The notes beneath the pieces were generated by a model. It saw only the letters and a program-made list of their open reading frames with translations, was not told the DNA's origin and searched no databases. From Blepharisma stoltei ATCC 30299 (lineage: Eukaryota; Protista; Ciliophora), in contig CBFDEM010000041.1 in the NCBI GenBank assembly GCA_965603825.1, positions 1 through 64,000 of the forward strand: a stretch of 64,000 bases of DNA, in the 5' to 3' direction. This document shows positions 48,061 through 59,440 of the stretch, in pieces. Made by a program: the position numbers and the translations under genes. Within the stretch, counting starts at the first letter, position 1. Each line of letters opens with the position of its first letter.

Positions 48061-49074
48061 ATGAAAAGCCCTCTCAAACTCAGTTTTCAGGTCAAAAAAA
48101 TCCTCAAAAAAAACGACCTGCAAAATTTCAAAAAAATCGAGTTCAAGAGAGGCGGAGTCTATGGCTCAGAAAGAAAAACAATTCTTCATTTAGCTGCGAA
48201 ATACTGCACAAACCACACAATACCCAAATATTTAATTAAGAAAAAGAAGGTGCAGCTGGACACCAAGACAAAGAAATCTTTGTCGACTGCGCTTCATTAT
48301 GCATGCAGATCAGGAAATTGACTAATTGCCAAATATTTATTAAAATGTGGATGTGATATCAATAGGCTAAGGAGAGGCAATCAGAGCTCAATATTGCTAT
48401 CAGTAAGATACAATTGGCTTGGAATTACCAAATTACTAATTTCAAAAAAGGCTGATATTAAAATCAAAGACAAAAGAAATTGGAACTTAGCACACTGGGC
48501 ATCATATAATGGAAACTTAAAAATGCTGCATTTATTAGAGAAATCAGGAGTTTCTTTACATGATGTCACTGATAATGGCGAAACTTGCCTTCATTTGGGT
48601 GTTTGGAGTGGAAATCTTGAGTGTGTAAAATATCTATTGACAAAAATTTCTATATGAGAATCTGCAAAAAATGGGTCAATTCTTGAATATTGCCGAGGAA
48701 ATTGAAGCCTTTTATCATGACTTTTGTTTAATACTAAATGAAGTGAAGTCCCAGTACTCGAAATTCTTTTATCAATAAATTGCCCAAGAGACCTGATACT
48801 TAAGCACGTTTTCAATGAATTAAATATTAGTTTTATTTTTAGATATGACCGAGATGACTTATTAAATGATATCTATGAAAAGAGCAAGGTCCCGCTTGAG
48901 AAAATGCTTATGATGAATATGCCTGAAAAGTGTAAAAGCATGGCTTTTAAGCTGATTAAATGGGGTAAAGTCAAAGGACTCATTTTTATTTATTTAATTT
49001 CCAAAAAAAATCATATGATATTTGGGAAAATTCCCAAAACCCTTATTCAAGAGATGGCTGAATATTTAGAATAA
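48061..49074 (+). CDS. Ankyrin-repeat protein with C-terminal cullin/SOCS-box-like motif, 337 aa
   Basis: TILHLAA, TALHYAC, AHWASYNG and GETCLHLG repeats. Continuous with TGA=Trp, ending IPKTLIQEMAEYLE. Confidence 0.82.
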
Positions 49075-49106
49075 TTTTCTTATAATAGGTTTATAAAAAT
49101 AAAATC

Positions 49107-49358
49107 ATGCTTGCTTATACTATTAGAAGAGGGATTTACAAGCCAAAAATCCAATTCCGGAGGAATAAAAAGCCTACTTTTCGCACAGCAGATGTAGAAA
49201 AGGCACCAATCCCTACAGAGCCATATCAGAGGCCACGCTACTTATCTTTTAAAGGACTATTAGAGAAAGACGAAATAGAGATGGTAAACCAAGGTGGATT
49301 TGAGCCAACCGTCAACTGGAAGAAGGTAAAAGCAATAAAATATTCTAAAGAAGATTAA
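49107..49358 (+). CDS. KGD4/MRPS36-like alpha-ketoglutarate dehydrogenase adaptor subunit
   Basis: Mitochondrial-like presequence, YKPKIQF (cf. H.PLIKF) and EIEMVNQGG (cf. EIE.IN.GG). Confidence 0.7.
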   Translation: MLAYTIRRGIYKPKIQFRRNKKPTFRTADVEKAPIPTEPYQRPRYLSFKGLLEKDEIEMVNQGGFEPTVNWKKVKAIKYSKED

Positions 49359-49408
49359 AATTCAAACCTTTTTAAGTTTAACTATAAACAAACCTTTATT
49401 AGGAACTA

Positions 49409-50038
49409 TTATAGCATCTGTAGCTCGTCAAGAAATAGCTCATATTGCTTTTTGCTTCTGATCCTGCTCTGAAGCTGGCTATTCAAAATTGGTCTTTTTA
49501 AATTTCCTTTTGGAGAAGGCATAAACCCAGCTGACGTTGGTGGCTGAGGCGACAAGCTGCCTTTCATTTTTCTTTCCAAAAATTCTCTTCCGAAAAAACA
49601 ATTTCTCCTATAACTGGATTTTTTCATAGACTTTGGCGTCCTTATTACAGGCAGAGGGATTTGGGTCTTATAAAGAATTTTTTTCGTTTTTTCAGCTTGG
49701 GGACTGAAATAGGATTTGGCTTTTGGGATTAATTCAGATGATGGGCTTAGCTGGGTTTCGTCCTTGAGAGGTGCCAAGTTGACGAGACTTATGTCAGTTG
49801 GAGGAGATTTTGAATTTTTAGGCTTCCTGAGTAGGCGATCTTTGCTGCGTCTGTAGAAAGTATGGAATGAAGGGTTTGCAGCGAGGCCTGATACTCGATG
49901 CTCAATGGGCGAGAAATATGGGAGATTTTCAGTGCTGGAATAGGTATTTTGGTAAAAATTATCGTCAAGTGCATATATTCTTTCATTAGATGTGTTGTCT
50001 ATGCTGAATTCGTAGTGTCCTGAAACTTCAGATATCAT
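49409..50038 (-). CDS. Basic Ser/Pro-rich hypothetical protein
   Basis: 209-aa intact ORF. Confidence 0.7.
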   Translation of the reverse strand: MISEVSGHYEFSIDNTSNERIYALDDNFYQNTYSSTENLPYFSPIEHRVSGLAANPSFHTFYRRSKDRLLRKPKNSKSPPTDISLVNLAPLKDETQLSPSSELIPKAKSYFSPQAEKTKKILYKTQIPLPVIRTPKSMKKSSYRRNCFFGREFLERKMKGSLSPQPPTSAGFMPSPKGNLKRPILNSQLQSRIRSKKQYELFLDELQML

Positions 50039-51730
50039 TTATAAAATTATGTTTCCATTAAATTTTGAAATGTTGATTTAATTTTAGCTAGCTATTAATA
50101 TAGACTAGAAACTCCCTTTTCCTCAAGCAAGGTAAAAATTTGGATCTCTATAATTTTTGATATTCTTTATAAATTTTTATGATAAATTGAGCCGATGAAT
50201 TTACTACAAAAATAATATTTTTGCTTTTTTGATTGCTTTCCATACTTCATTTGACACTAAATGTTTAACGCTGATATTCTATCACTTTTAATTCACTATA
50301 TATCATTTCAATATATGCAAATATCTTATATAAGTTTTTAGCATTAATTATGCTGAGGTTTGTAAGGAAATTATGACGAAGCTCTGGGATCAAGACTAGA
50401 ATGCTTGGTTTTTCCTCACAGGATTACGAAGGAAACGAGACAGAAGATCTCCAGATATTCTATGAGCAAAATGAAGGCTTTTTAGCAGAGAGGATGAAAA
50501 GAGTAATCTAGCTAGAATATTGAAAAAGACAGATAAACGAATTTTTCTTCTAACTCGGCCTCCAAATTGTGGAATATAAAGGCTTGCTAAAGAAATGCTA
50601 AAATATTTGAACGAATTCATCTCAATTACTTATAACATGCGCACAACTAAAATAGAAAATAATAAAAATGACACTTTGGCTGCACTACTATCTTACTCAT
50701 TTAATGGGCATCTCATATTAATGCAGCACCTTAAATATGTATATTCTGATAGCAAAAAAGTTTATTTTGGCTTTAATATCAAGGCTTTGATTCCAAGGCA
50801 AACAGCATAGAGTCTTATCTTAAATTAGTCCCAAGGCTGGGGAGTAAGACTTTCCTTAGCTTTTTGACCAGAAAATTTAAAGAAGAGGGACAAGCTTTCA
50901 GTACTTTTAGCTACGACTGATTTCTTGCCAATTAACTCAATAATAATTGCGATCTAAAAGTGGAGCATATGAAGAGCTTTATGCTGGGTGACTTTCGAAA
51001 GAGGGAGTATTTCGTTATTAGAAATGAGAAAAGTAACTAAAAAATTGCATAATATGATCTACGAATTTCATGTGGGAAATATCCTCGAAATAAATGATCT
51101 ATTGCTTGATCAAGATGAAGCGAAGCTGAGAATCATATATTAGAATAAAGGAAAAAAGAATTCAATGAATTTGCCTTATATATCAGTAGCAAATGCAAAC
51201 TTAAGGCCTGATGCCAAAAAGTACTGATAGCAATATATCAAAAGCTATTAAAATAAAACTATGTTTCTAGAGAATTTCTTGACAATGAATTCGGCACTGA
51301 TATAGTCATATATACTTAGACATAATTTACTATATCCTCAAAGAGGGTACATTCTCAGGAAAAGAGAGAGAGTTGTCAAGGAAGCTATAACCTTAAATTC
51401 TCAATCCATAAATTTGCAGTTGAATAGCATCTCAAACCTTTCAAAGGGAATTAATTAATCTAAAGCATTTTGCATAAAGAAATCTGAGGATTTTCCGTCT
51501 ATAACTCCATAAATTCATCAAAAACCTCTTCTAACATCTCTAAAATTGATAAAAAATATCTTGATAACTCTGAAAATAAAGGTGATAAATGCAGCATAAA
51601 CTCTGAACTTTTTTCTCCCCTAACCCATAATCTATTTTTCTTTTTTATCCTTAACAAAAGTTTTTACCTTGCTCTCCCCACTCTATAATCTCTCAAATTA
51701 CACAAATGGCCATATTAATTTGTGGCACAG

Positions 51731-52183
51731 ATGGACCGTCGAGCTTTCACAGTAAAAGATGTATCGGCTGCAGAATTCATAGCTGCTTACGCTGCATACC
51801 TAAAAAGAACAGACAAAATCGAGATACCTTCATGGGGAGACTACGTAAAGACAGGTGTCAACCGACAACTAGCTCCATATGACAAAGACTGGCTTTACAT
51901 TAGAGCTGCAGCTCTCGCCAGAAAGGTATATCTAAGACGCCACTTGGGAATTAGTGCTCTTCAAAAGATTTACGGAGGAAGCAAAAACTATGGCACCACT
52001 CCTCGCCACTTCACTACAGGATCAGGAAAGATTATCAGATATCTTTTGGCTCAGCTTGAAAAGCAAGGAATTCTTGAAGTTGACACAGAAGAAATTGAAG
52101 GAAAGCATGGAGGAAGAAGAATTACTAAGAAAGGACAACAAGAACTTGATAGCATTGCTAAACAGATTTCTCAAGCAGCTTAA
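51731..52183 (+). CDS. RPS19: 40S ribosomal protein eS19 (true start may be 51706, see findings)
   Basis: TVKDV, P.W.DYVKTG, LAPYD.DWLYIRAAALARKVY and GRRITKKGQQELD motifs. Confidence 0.96.
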   Translation: MDRRAFTVKDVSAAEFIAAYAAYLKRTDKIEIPSWGDYVKTGVNRQLAPYDKDWLYIRAAALARKVYLRRHLGISALQKIYGGSKNYGTTPRHFTTGSGKIIRYLLAQLEKQGILEVDTEEIEGKHGGRRITKKGQQELDSIAKQISQAA

Positions 52184-52223
52184 GTTAAATACCTTCGAAT
52201 ATTTTGACTAAACAATATCTATA

Positions 52224-53468
52224 TTACTTTTTGTAAAAGCCTTTAATCCAACTGAAAACTCCTGAATTATTATCTACTTCAGAGCCTTCTTCTGCAGCTA
52301 GCTGTTGGTAAAGTTCTCTTTGTTTGGTCGTTAAAGTTTTTGGGACTTTTAGCTTGAAAATTACATAGTGGTCGCCTTTGTTTGTGCTTGGAGGGACATG
52401 GAAAATTCCTTTCCCTGGGATCTTTTTCTTGAAGCCAGGAGAAGTGCCTGGGTCGACTGATACCTTGGTTTTCCCATGAAGGGTTTCTACGTCAATTGTA
52501 GCTCCTAATGCAGCTTGTGCTGGGGATATGTAGACTTCAGACATAACGTCAAAGCCTTCTCGTTTAAAAATTGGGTGTTCCGCTACATGGATTTTCAGCA
52601 ATAAATCTCCTGGAGGGCCTTCTCCTTGAGAATGGTGCCCTTTGTTAGCCATTCTTAGATGTTGACCATTGTGAACTCCATTTGGGATGTTAACTACTTC
52701 CATTTTCATCTGATAAGATAACCCACTGCCATTGCATCTTTGGCAAGGATCCCTTATGATTGTCCCTGCTCCCTTGCATTTCTGGCAAGTAACTGACATA
52801 GAAATGGGACCTCTTTGTATAAATACGACGCCTCTTCCTCCACAGGTCAAACATTTCATAGGATTTGACCCTGATTTTGTCTTTTTCCCAAAGCAGCTGT
52901 CACAGACTCCTCTTTGTTCATACTGTATTTGTTTTTTTGTGCCTAATGCAGCTTCCATAAACGAGATTTCCAGCATGACTGTAATATCTTCGCCTTTAAA
53001 AGACTTTTTCTCTTTTTGCCCTAAATTAAAAAAGTCTTCAAATTCCCCAAAAATATCGTCAAAAGTGGTATACCCTTGTGGCCGCTGCCCAGAAAAGTTC
53101 CCAAAACCGCCATATTGCTGCTCAAACGGGTTAAAGCCTCCTGAATTAGAAGAGCTATAGGCTCCACCACCAGGAAATCCTGAGCTTTTGGCTTGGTCTT
53201 GTTCATCACCTGTCATCCCTGTGGCATCATATGTCCTGCGCTTTTCAGGGTCACCTAGAGTTTCATAGGCTTGGTTTATTTCTGCAAATTTATTTTTTGC
53301 GTCTGGAGATTTGTTTACGTCGGGATGAAATTTTTTGGCAAGGTTGAAATAAGCTTTTTTTATCTCAGATTCTGTAGATTTAGAAGAAACACCTAAAATT
53401 TTGTAGTAATCTTGTCGAGCGAAAAGGCGAGAAGAGCTTTTAAAGCTTCTTACTGCTGAAAAAATCAT
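52224..53468 (-). CDS. Type I DnaJ chaperone, mitochondrial (Mdj1/DNAJA3-like)
   Basis: Presequence, J domain with HPD, G/F region, four CxxCxG motifs and C-terminal domain. Confidence 0.93.
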   Translation of the reverse strand: MIFSAVRSFKSSSRLFARQDYYKILGVSSKSTESEIKKAYFNLAKKFHPDVNKSPDAKNKFAEINQAYETLGDPEKRRTYDATGMTGDEQDQAKSSGFPGGGAYSSSNSGGFNPFEQQYGGFGNFSGQRPQGYTTFDDIFGEFEDFFNLGQKEKKSFKGEDITVMLEISFMEAALGTKKQIQYEQRGVCDSCFGKKTKSGSNPMKCLTCGGRGVVFIQRGPISMSVTCQKCKGAGTIIRDPCQRCNGSGLSYQMKMEVVNIPNGVHNGQHLRMANKGHHSQGEGPPGDLLLKIHVAEHPIFKREGFDVMSEVYISPAQAALGATIDVETLHGKTKVSVDPGTSPGFKKKIPGKGIFHVPPSTNKGDHYVIFKLKVPKTLTTKQRELYQQLAAEEGSEVDNNSGVFSWIKGFYKK

Positions 53469-53501
53469 AGTTTAAATGGAATTATAAGGAAAACTTCTTA
53501 A

Positions 53502-54752
53502 TTAAATATTCAAAAGTTCTAAAGACAGGCTTGATTTATTTTTAGGTGCTTTTTTACTTGTAAGCCCAGATCCTGTTAAATAGAGCACAAAATAAGCTGT
53601 GATGGCAAGAGTTAGATAAGCACAACTAGTCTCAATATCAATACTAGTTGCGAGGATCCCTACAACCATAGGCCCACCAATTTCTCCAATATTCATAATT
53701 ATATTTGATATCCCAGCCAACTGGTCAATAAGCCTGTCGTCTTCTTTGTATTGGTACTCCTCATAAGCCAGCTGAATCATATGAGGAAGCGAAGGTGTGT
53801 ACATAAATGCTTGAGCAAAACCAAGTATAAATAGTCCAATAAGCACTACCCAAATTTCTCGAGGGTAAATGAGTTTCCATGGTCCAAGCATTGAAAATCC
53901 TATAGCTTGGCCCAGTAGTCCTACAGCCATCAACTTCCTTGCATCAATTTTCTTAGATGAAACTATAGCGAATATAGAAAATATTGAATATGATAAAGTA
54001 TATAAAGTAAAGCACAGTCCAATATAAGTGTCCCCAATGTTAAAAGTCAATAAATGGATTTCTAGTATAGGAAAAACGTATCCAAATGTAAAAGTGAAGG
54101 CAAATTGTACACCTGCGTCTAGTGCAATTTTTGGTCTTGCTATTAATTCGATGGAATTTACAGCATTTTCTGACATTACATAGGGTCGTGGCTCTCCTAA
54201 AAGATATCAGCAGATTGGTGTGTATATTGCAATGGCGATTCCTGATATCATGAATGATAAAAATGCACCTCCTATTGCATATAAAGCAGAGCCAATAAGA
54301 GGTCCAATCAACAAACCCATTCCAGCAAAAACTTCCATAATCCCCATCACCTTAGTTAGCTCTCCTGGGTAATCACTTGTTAAAATTGCGTCTCCAGCTG
54401 TCATTTCACAGGCATATCCTATTCCTCCAAGCATCCTTGAAATAAAACTTAAAATAAGTATAGGAGGAGCATCAAAAAATTCTATAAAACTAATTGCAAT
54501 CATAGATCCAGCCAATAAGCCAACTCCGAGTGTCAATATAAACCTACGACCGAATTTATACATGTTGTTGCCTAAATATCAGGACGCTACAAATGCAAAA
54601 ATCGGGTCTAAACTAAAAATGAAGCCTATAGCTCAGAAAGGGATACCTTTAGACTCAGCTATTCCAGGATAGAAAGGAGCAATAAACGTATAAGAACTGC
54701 AGCAGAGCAAACCTCCTATATAAATTGCTGCCTGCTTAGAATAGTAGCCCAT
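53502..54752 (-). CDS. MFS transporter (SLC18B1-like), 416 aa
   Basis: IAPFYP..AE.KG, FGRR motif A, SRMLGGIG and G.GLLIGPLIGS.LY..GG. Joined by three TGA=Trp. Confidence 0.88.
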
Positions 54753-55493
54753 TTTGTTTACCTAAATTTAAAGATGGGGTTGTTAGTATTTAAAAGCATA
54801 AGCGTTTCTTTATTAACTAATTATACCTTAGCAGATAATATGATCTAGGTAAATTTAATAAATTCTCACTCAAAATAGCATTAGCAGTTTTAATTTCTTT
54901 AAGTTCTTGTTGCATTTTTTCAGAATCGAAATCTATACAATTTTTAAAATTACTTGCATCTTGGTAAGAGCTTGAATCTCTTATGGCATGAATTTTTGCC
55001 ACTTCTAGACGCTTGGAATCATCAACTTACTCTTTCGATCATTGCTGCAGCTTATATTTAGCTTCTTTATATTTAAGGCTGATAGAATCGCCTTGCATAT
55101 TATTTTCTTCATAATATCCTTAGCAAATCTTGTGTTTTATAATAAATCAAAAAATTGCTCCGTTCTGAAAACAAATGTCGATGTTTGGATCTGCGCTTAT
55201 AGCTTTGGCAACGTCCATAATATCGTTTTCCATACATGATATTAAAAACTCCATCCATAATTAACCCTCATTTTAATTAATTTTAAATTTATAACTTTAT
55301 TAAATCAATTAACCCTTCACTAATTTCTGACTGGAGCTTGTCACAAATATTCATTGCATTTTGATATTCAGAATAATTTAATTTTTCTTTAATTATCAAT
55401 AAATTCGTTGATATAATTGTAGACTTTCTGATAAAAATTTTTTTACATATTAAAGCTTTCCTATCTATTGCAATTTAAAATAAATTAGCCAAC

Positions 55494-56039
55494 TTATACC
55501 GGTGCCATTCTCGCAAGAAGCCACAATAAGCCTTCTCTGAGCCCTTCCCCAGTCGTAGCACATGCTTTCACGATCTCCCACTGTTCTTTCTTACTTCTAT
55601 CAAGTTCCAGCATGTCTGTAAGCTGTTCTTCTGTGAAATCATTCGAAATATCTTTTTTATTCGCGACTATTAAAAAAGGCAAACCCCTCAGGAGGTCATC
55701 TCTCAGCAATTCTTGTAAAGTGGCTTTGGATAGCTGAATATTGTCCGCATTGGACATGTCCACTACAAAAATAATGCCCTGTGAGCCTTCAAAGTGATGT
55801 CGCCAGAAAAATCTGCTTTGTGCGTCGCCTTTCAAATCATAAAACGCTATTGTGAATTTATCCACTTTGAATTTGTAGCACCCGAGCTCTGGGAGAGGCT
55901 TTGCTGCGCGAGGATACTGGGAGCTTAAAAACTGTGTAAGAGTAGACTTCCCTGAGCCTTGCAAACCGAGACAAAGGACTCTTCTGTGGTTTTTCCCAAA
56001 CCATCTAGCGTGGTTCATCTTGCTCATTTTTTCGCCCAT
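55494..56039 (-). CDS. Arf-like small GTPase
   Basis: GLQGSGKST, YDLKG, R.FWRHHF, IIFVVD, ANKKD and CATTGEGL.EGL.WL motifs. Confidence 0.9.
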   Translation of the reverse strand: MGEKMSKMNHARWFGKNHRRVLCLGLQGSGKSTLTQFLSSQYPRAAKPLPELGCYKFKVDKFTIAFYDLKGDAQSRFFWRHHFEGSQGIIFVVDMSNADNIQLSKATLQELLRDDLLRGLPFLIVANKKDISNDFTEEQLTDMLELDRSKKEQWEIVKACATTGEGLREGLLWLLARMAPV

Positions 56040-56907
56040 TTGGTTATTTAAATAATCAATATTTTTTAGAAAATTATAAGGCTTAAATCTGCGTCAGTTA
56101 AGCCATTCGCTTTGTGGGTTTTAATAATAGACCTGGATATTAATGTAGAAAAGTGGTGAATTTTCTGTATTGAGAAACTTGGTAATTGTGTTAAAATTAG
56201 GGCAAGAGAGAATAAAAAGTTAATTTAAGGAAAGATATTAATATAGCTAAAGAAGGGCAGGGATAAGCACATTATGCTTTTTAATCCTCAGTTTCGTGCG
56301 ATTGATTTGGTAAAAAAGGCAATTTATAAAACAAGATGAAGGATAAACAGATATTGATTGTGACCTAAGATTAAAAGTTGCTTATAGAAAAAATCACTTA
56401 ATGGTATAAGTATGGAAAAAGAGAATAATTAAGCTCCTTCTTCATGGCTGCTATTAAATAAGATGTTAAGCACTAAAAAGATAATTTCGAAAACGAGTTA
56501 TTGAGCAAATTTCTCTTGTTGAAAGATTATCAATTTTTTCATTTTCCTTTTTTACATTCATTTATTACCTATTATCATTTATATTTAATGATCTTTTTCT
56601 ACTTCTTTTAAGAGAGATCAAAAACTCGCTCGTTCTTAAAGGAGGGAATGCTTTAGGGTATCTTATTTAATAGTATTGAATGGATAACAAGGCTCATTGT
56701 TTCGGAGTTAATTTCGCTTTTTCTTTGCTTAATATTAATATAGATTATTTTTATCAGAAAATCTGCAATTATATCAATGAATTTATTGGTAATTAAAGAA
56801 AATGAAAGTTTAGGATTATTTAAAAACACTTTACTAAACATTTCCCATAAAGCGTGTTTTCTTCATACAACTTCTAAGAATATTGTATTTTCCAATGTCA
56901 AATTTAA

Positions 56908-58203
56908 ATGGAAGAAACATACATCGTCGAATTTCTCATTCACGAAGCTACCACAAGGATTCTCCACATCGCAAAACCAGCAGTCTCTATCAGATTTCTT
57001 CAATTCCCAACCCTCACAATCTACGGCCAATTCCAAGGAAAGCTTCAATTCGGTAAAGGCAAGGCCTGCAAATTTGTGTTAGATGAAAAAATATTACGAG
57101 CAGCCCTTCGAAAAACCCCTCTTTACGTAATGCTAATTGACGCTTTTCCTCAAAATATCAGAATGCTGGGGACTGCAGCTCTAGATCTTTCTATTTTTGC
57201 TGACATTGACTTTAAAACTTCTAGTGATTTTAAAAGAAGCATCATAGATCTTTATGATCCAATTAGAAATGCCATTGGGAAATTAGATTTAAGTATCTCT
57301 ATTTCTATTCTTAAAAAAAATCCAGAAATTGAAGGAAAACCAGCTGATGGGATTTTTCAAAATATCACACAGGAAATGATTAATAAAATCCCAGGCGAGC
57401 TAAAAGTAAATAAATCTATAGAAACTGACCCGATTCCACCAATATATAAGACGGCTGCTTCATTAGTTACGAGAGGGACGATTACAGAAGAAGAAAAACC
57501 TGAGCCAAAAGAGACACAAACTCCACTTTTTGGGGAATCTTATCAGCCACCTCCAATGTTTTATAGTAAGGCTAAGCCGACAAATAAAACAACGAGCACT
57601 TCTTATGAAGAACCTCTTCCGCAGCCTCAAAAACAAGCTACACAGTATATAGCTCCTCCTCCAGAGCCGACAGGTTTACTTATTGATCATTTAATTCAAG
57701 AAGTTCAGATGCTCAAAGGAGCTTCTTCATTGCAGCAGCAATGAAGCTATCCGCCTCTTATGCAATTTGACAAACCAAAGACTCAAAAAGTATTTACCAC
57801 TACAAATGTGGATAATCTTACAATAAAACCAGCTGAAAAAACGCGAAAAATATATATAAGTGAAAGTCTAAAAGAAAGTCTAAAAGAAAGCCAAAAAGAA
57901 AGTCAAAAAGAAAGCCAAAAAGAGAGTGAAGACCACTACTCTGAAGACTTTGAAGAAAATACGAGCTCGATTCCGCAGAGCTCAGAGAGAAGAGTAAAAT
58001 GCTATGTATGTTTAGAAATGATATTGCCTAGCGAAGCTGGCGACCATCCAAAATTCTGTAAAAATGCAAAATCAAGGACTATATCTTTGCTTTCTCCTAG
58101 AGAAGAAAGTTCAGAAGGATGGAAAGAGTTAACGAAATCAGTAACCCAATCTAGCATCGTAGAAGAATATGACAGCGATTTTGAAGACGAAAGTGAAAGA
58201 TAA
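56908..58203 (+). CDS. MAP10/KIAA1383-like protein with N-terminal C2-like domain, 431 aa
   Basis: PAVSIRFLQFPTLTIY...FGKGKACKF resembles MAP10 PAVAFRLLDFPTLLVY...FGRGKSCLF. TGA=Trp at 57742. Confidence 0.7.
57862..57927 (+). repeat. Coding 12-nt tandem repeat (KESL/KESQ x5)
   Basis: GAAAGTCTAAAA / GAAAGCCAAAAA units. Confidence 0.85.
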
Positions 58204-58334
58204 ATATTTAAAAAATAAAAATATTGCTAATAATAATTTTTATTATTAAAGACAACCATTAATTCATTGATTTAATGACTCTCATGCATGATAAAACTCA
58301 CGAATAATCAAAATATTTATAATTAGACTAGTAA

Positions 58335-59207
58335 ATGAAAGTCAGGCTTGTAAAAGATGACGAGCATTATGACCCAGTTTTAGTTCCAGATTCCTATGAC
58401 ACACTAAAATGCATGGCAATAGAAGCCTTTGGCAGTGTAAACTTCTCCTATGTGTATCTTACTGATGAAGGCGAGCTCAAAGAAATCAGTTCAGACGAAG
58501 AATTATTTCGAGCAATAAACTCTATGCGAGTTTGTGGACAAGACACATTAGTTCTTTTATTAGAAAATATTGATAGATTCCATAGCTATTCTCAAGAGCC
58601 AGTTTTTGATCCTCTTTCTATTCCAAAAATATCGCCAGTCAAGGTTAACCAAAGCCAATATGAGCCTCCTGAAATCATATGGGAAACTGACGAAGACCCA
58701 GAACCTGCCAAAATTATCAAGCAAAAATCGTCTGAGTATGGAATGAAGCTTGTCAATGGGAAACGAAAAATCGAAAAATTTTGCAGAGCTGAAGAAGTTT
58801 TTGAGGAAAGATTTAAGGTAAAAAATGACGGAATTAAGGTATGAGAAAGAGTTGACTTAAAGCTGGAAAAAGGCACAATTGAGATAACCTCTATATTTAT
58901 ACCAAGACTTAGGCCAGGAGAAATCGGAGAAATTGTAGTAAAAATGAGAGCTCCAGCAATAGAAGGAAAAGCTTCTTTAGAGTTCAGTCTGTACACAGGT
59001 GCTGGAGTTTCGTTTGGAAATACTATTTGCTATGAAGTGAAAGTACCAAGCCCTTTGCTAATGCAACTGATAGCGATGGGGTTTGGAGAAAAAGACGCAC
59101 AACTTGCGTTAGATATGTCAGACGATATAAATGCTGCTGTTTCGAGTCTCTGTGGAGAAGAAATTGTATATGAAGAGCAACCCGATGACCCTGAAATACT
59201 AAAATAA
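58335..59207 (+). CDS. PB1 - NBR1-FW(Ig-like) - UBA protein (NBR1/p62-like), 290 aa
   Basis: YLTDEGELKEISSDEEL (PB1 OPCA), FKVKNDGIKV-W(TGA)...LRPGE..EI.VKMRAP..EG (FW domain) and QLIAMGF....AQLAL.....INAAV (UBA). Confidence 0.8.
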
Positions 59208-59440
59208 GCATTAATTTATTATTTGGTGTTTGTAAAGAAATGAGATTTAGGTTTTAAAACAGTTTTTAAAGATATACCTTAATTTTTTGTATATGCCTTG
59301 ATATTTTATTATAAACATTATGCGAAGACTGAATAGATAATGATGATCTATCATTGATTTTTTTAGTTTTTTATGAAGAAATAATAATAGTAGAAATCTT
59401 AATTTTATACGGAAAAAAATTTAGCGATTTAAAAATTACT

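Noticed and set aside
50300-51500. Coding-like fragments here, and at 1500-2030 and 54817-55260
   Set aside because: Multiple TAA/TAG stops in all frames and no recognisable family. Possibly decayed genes, but not supportable.
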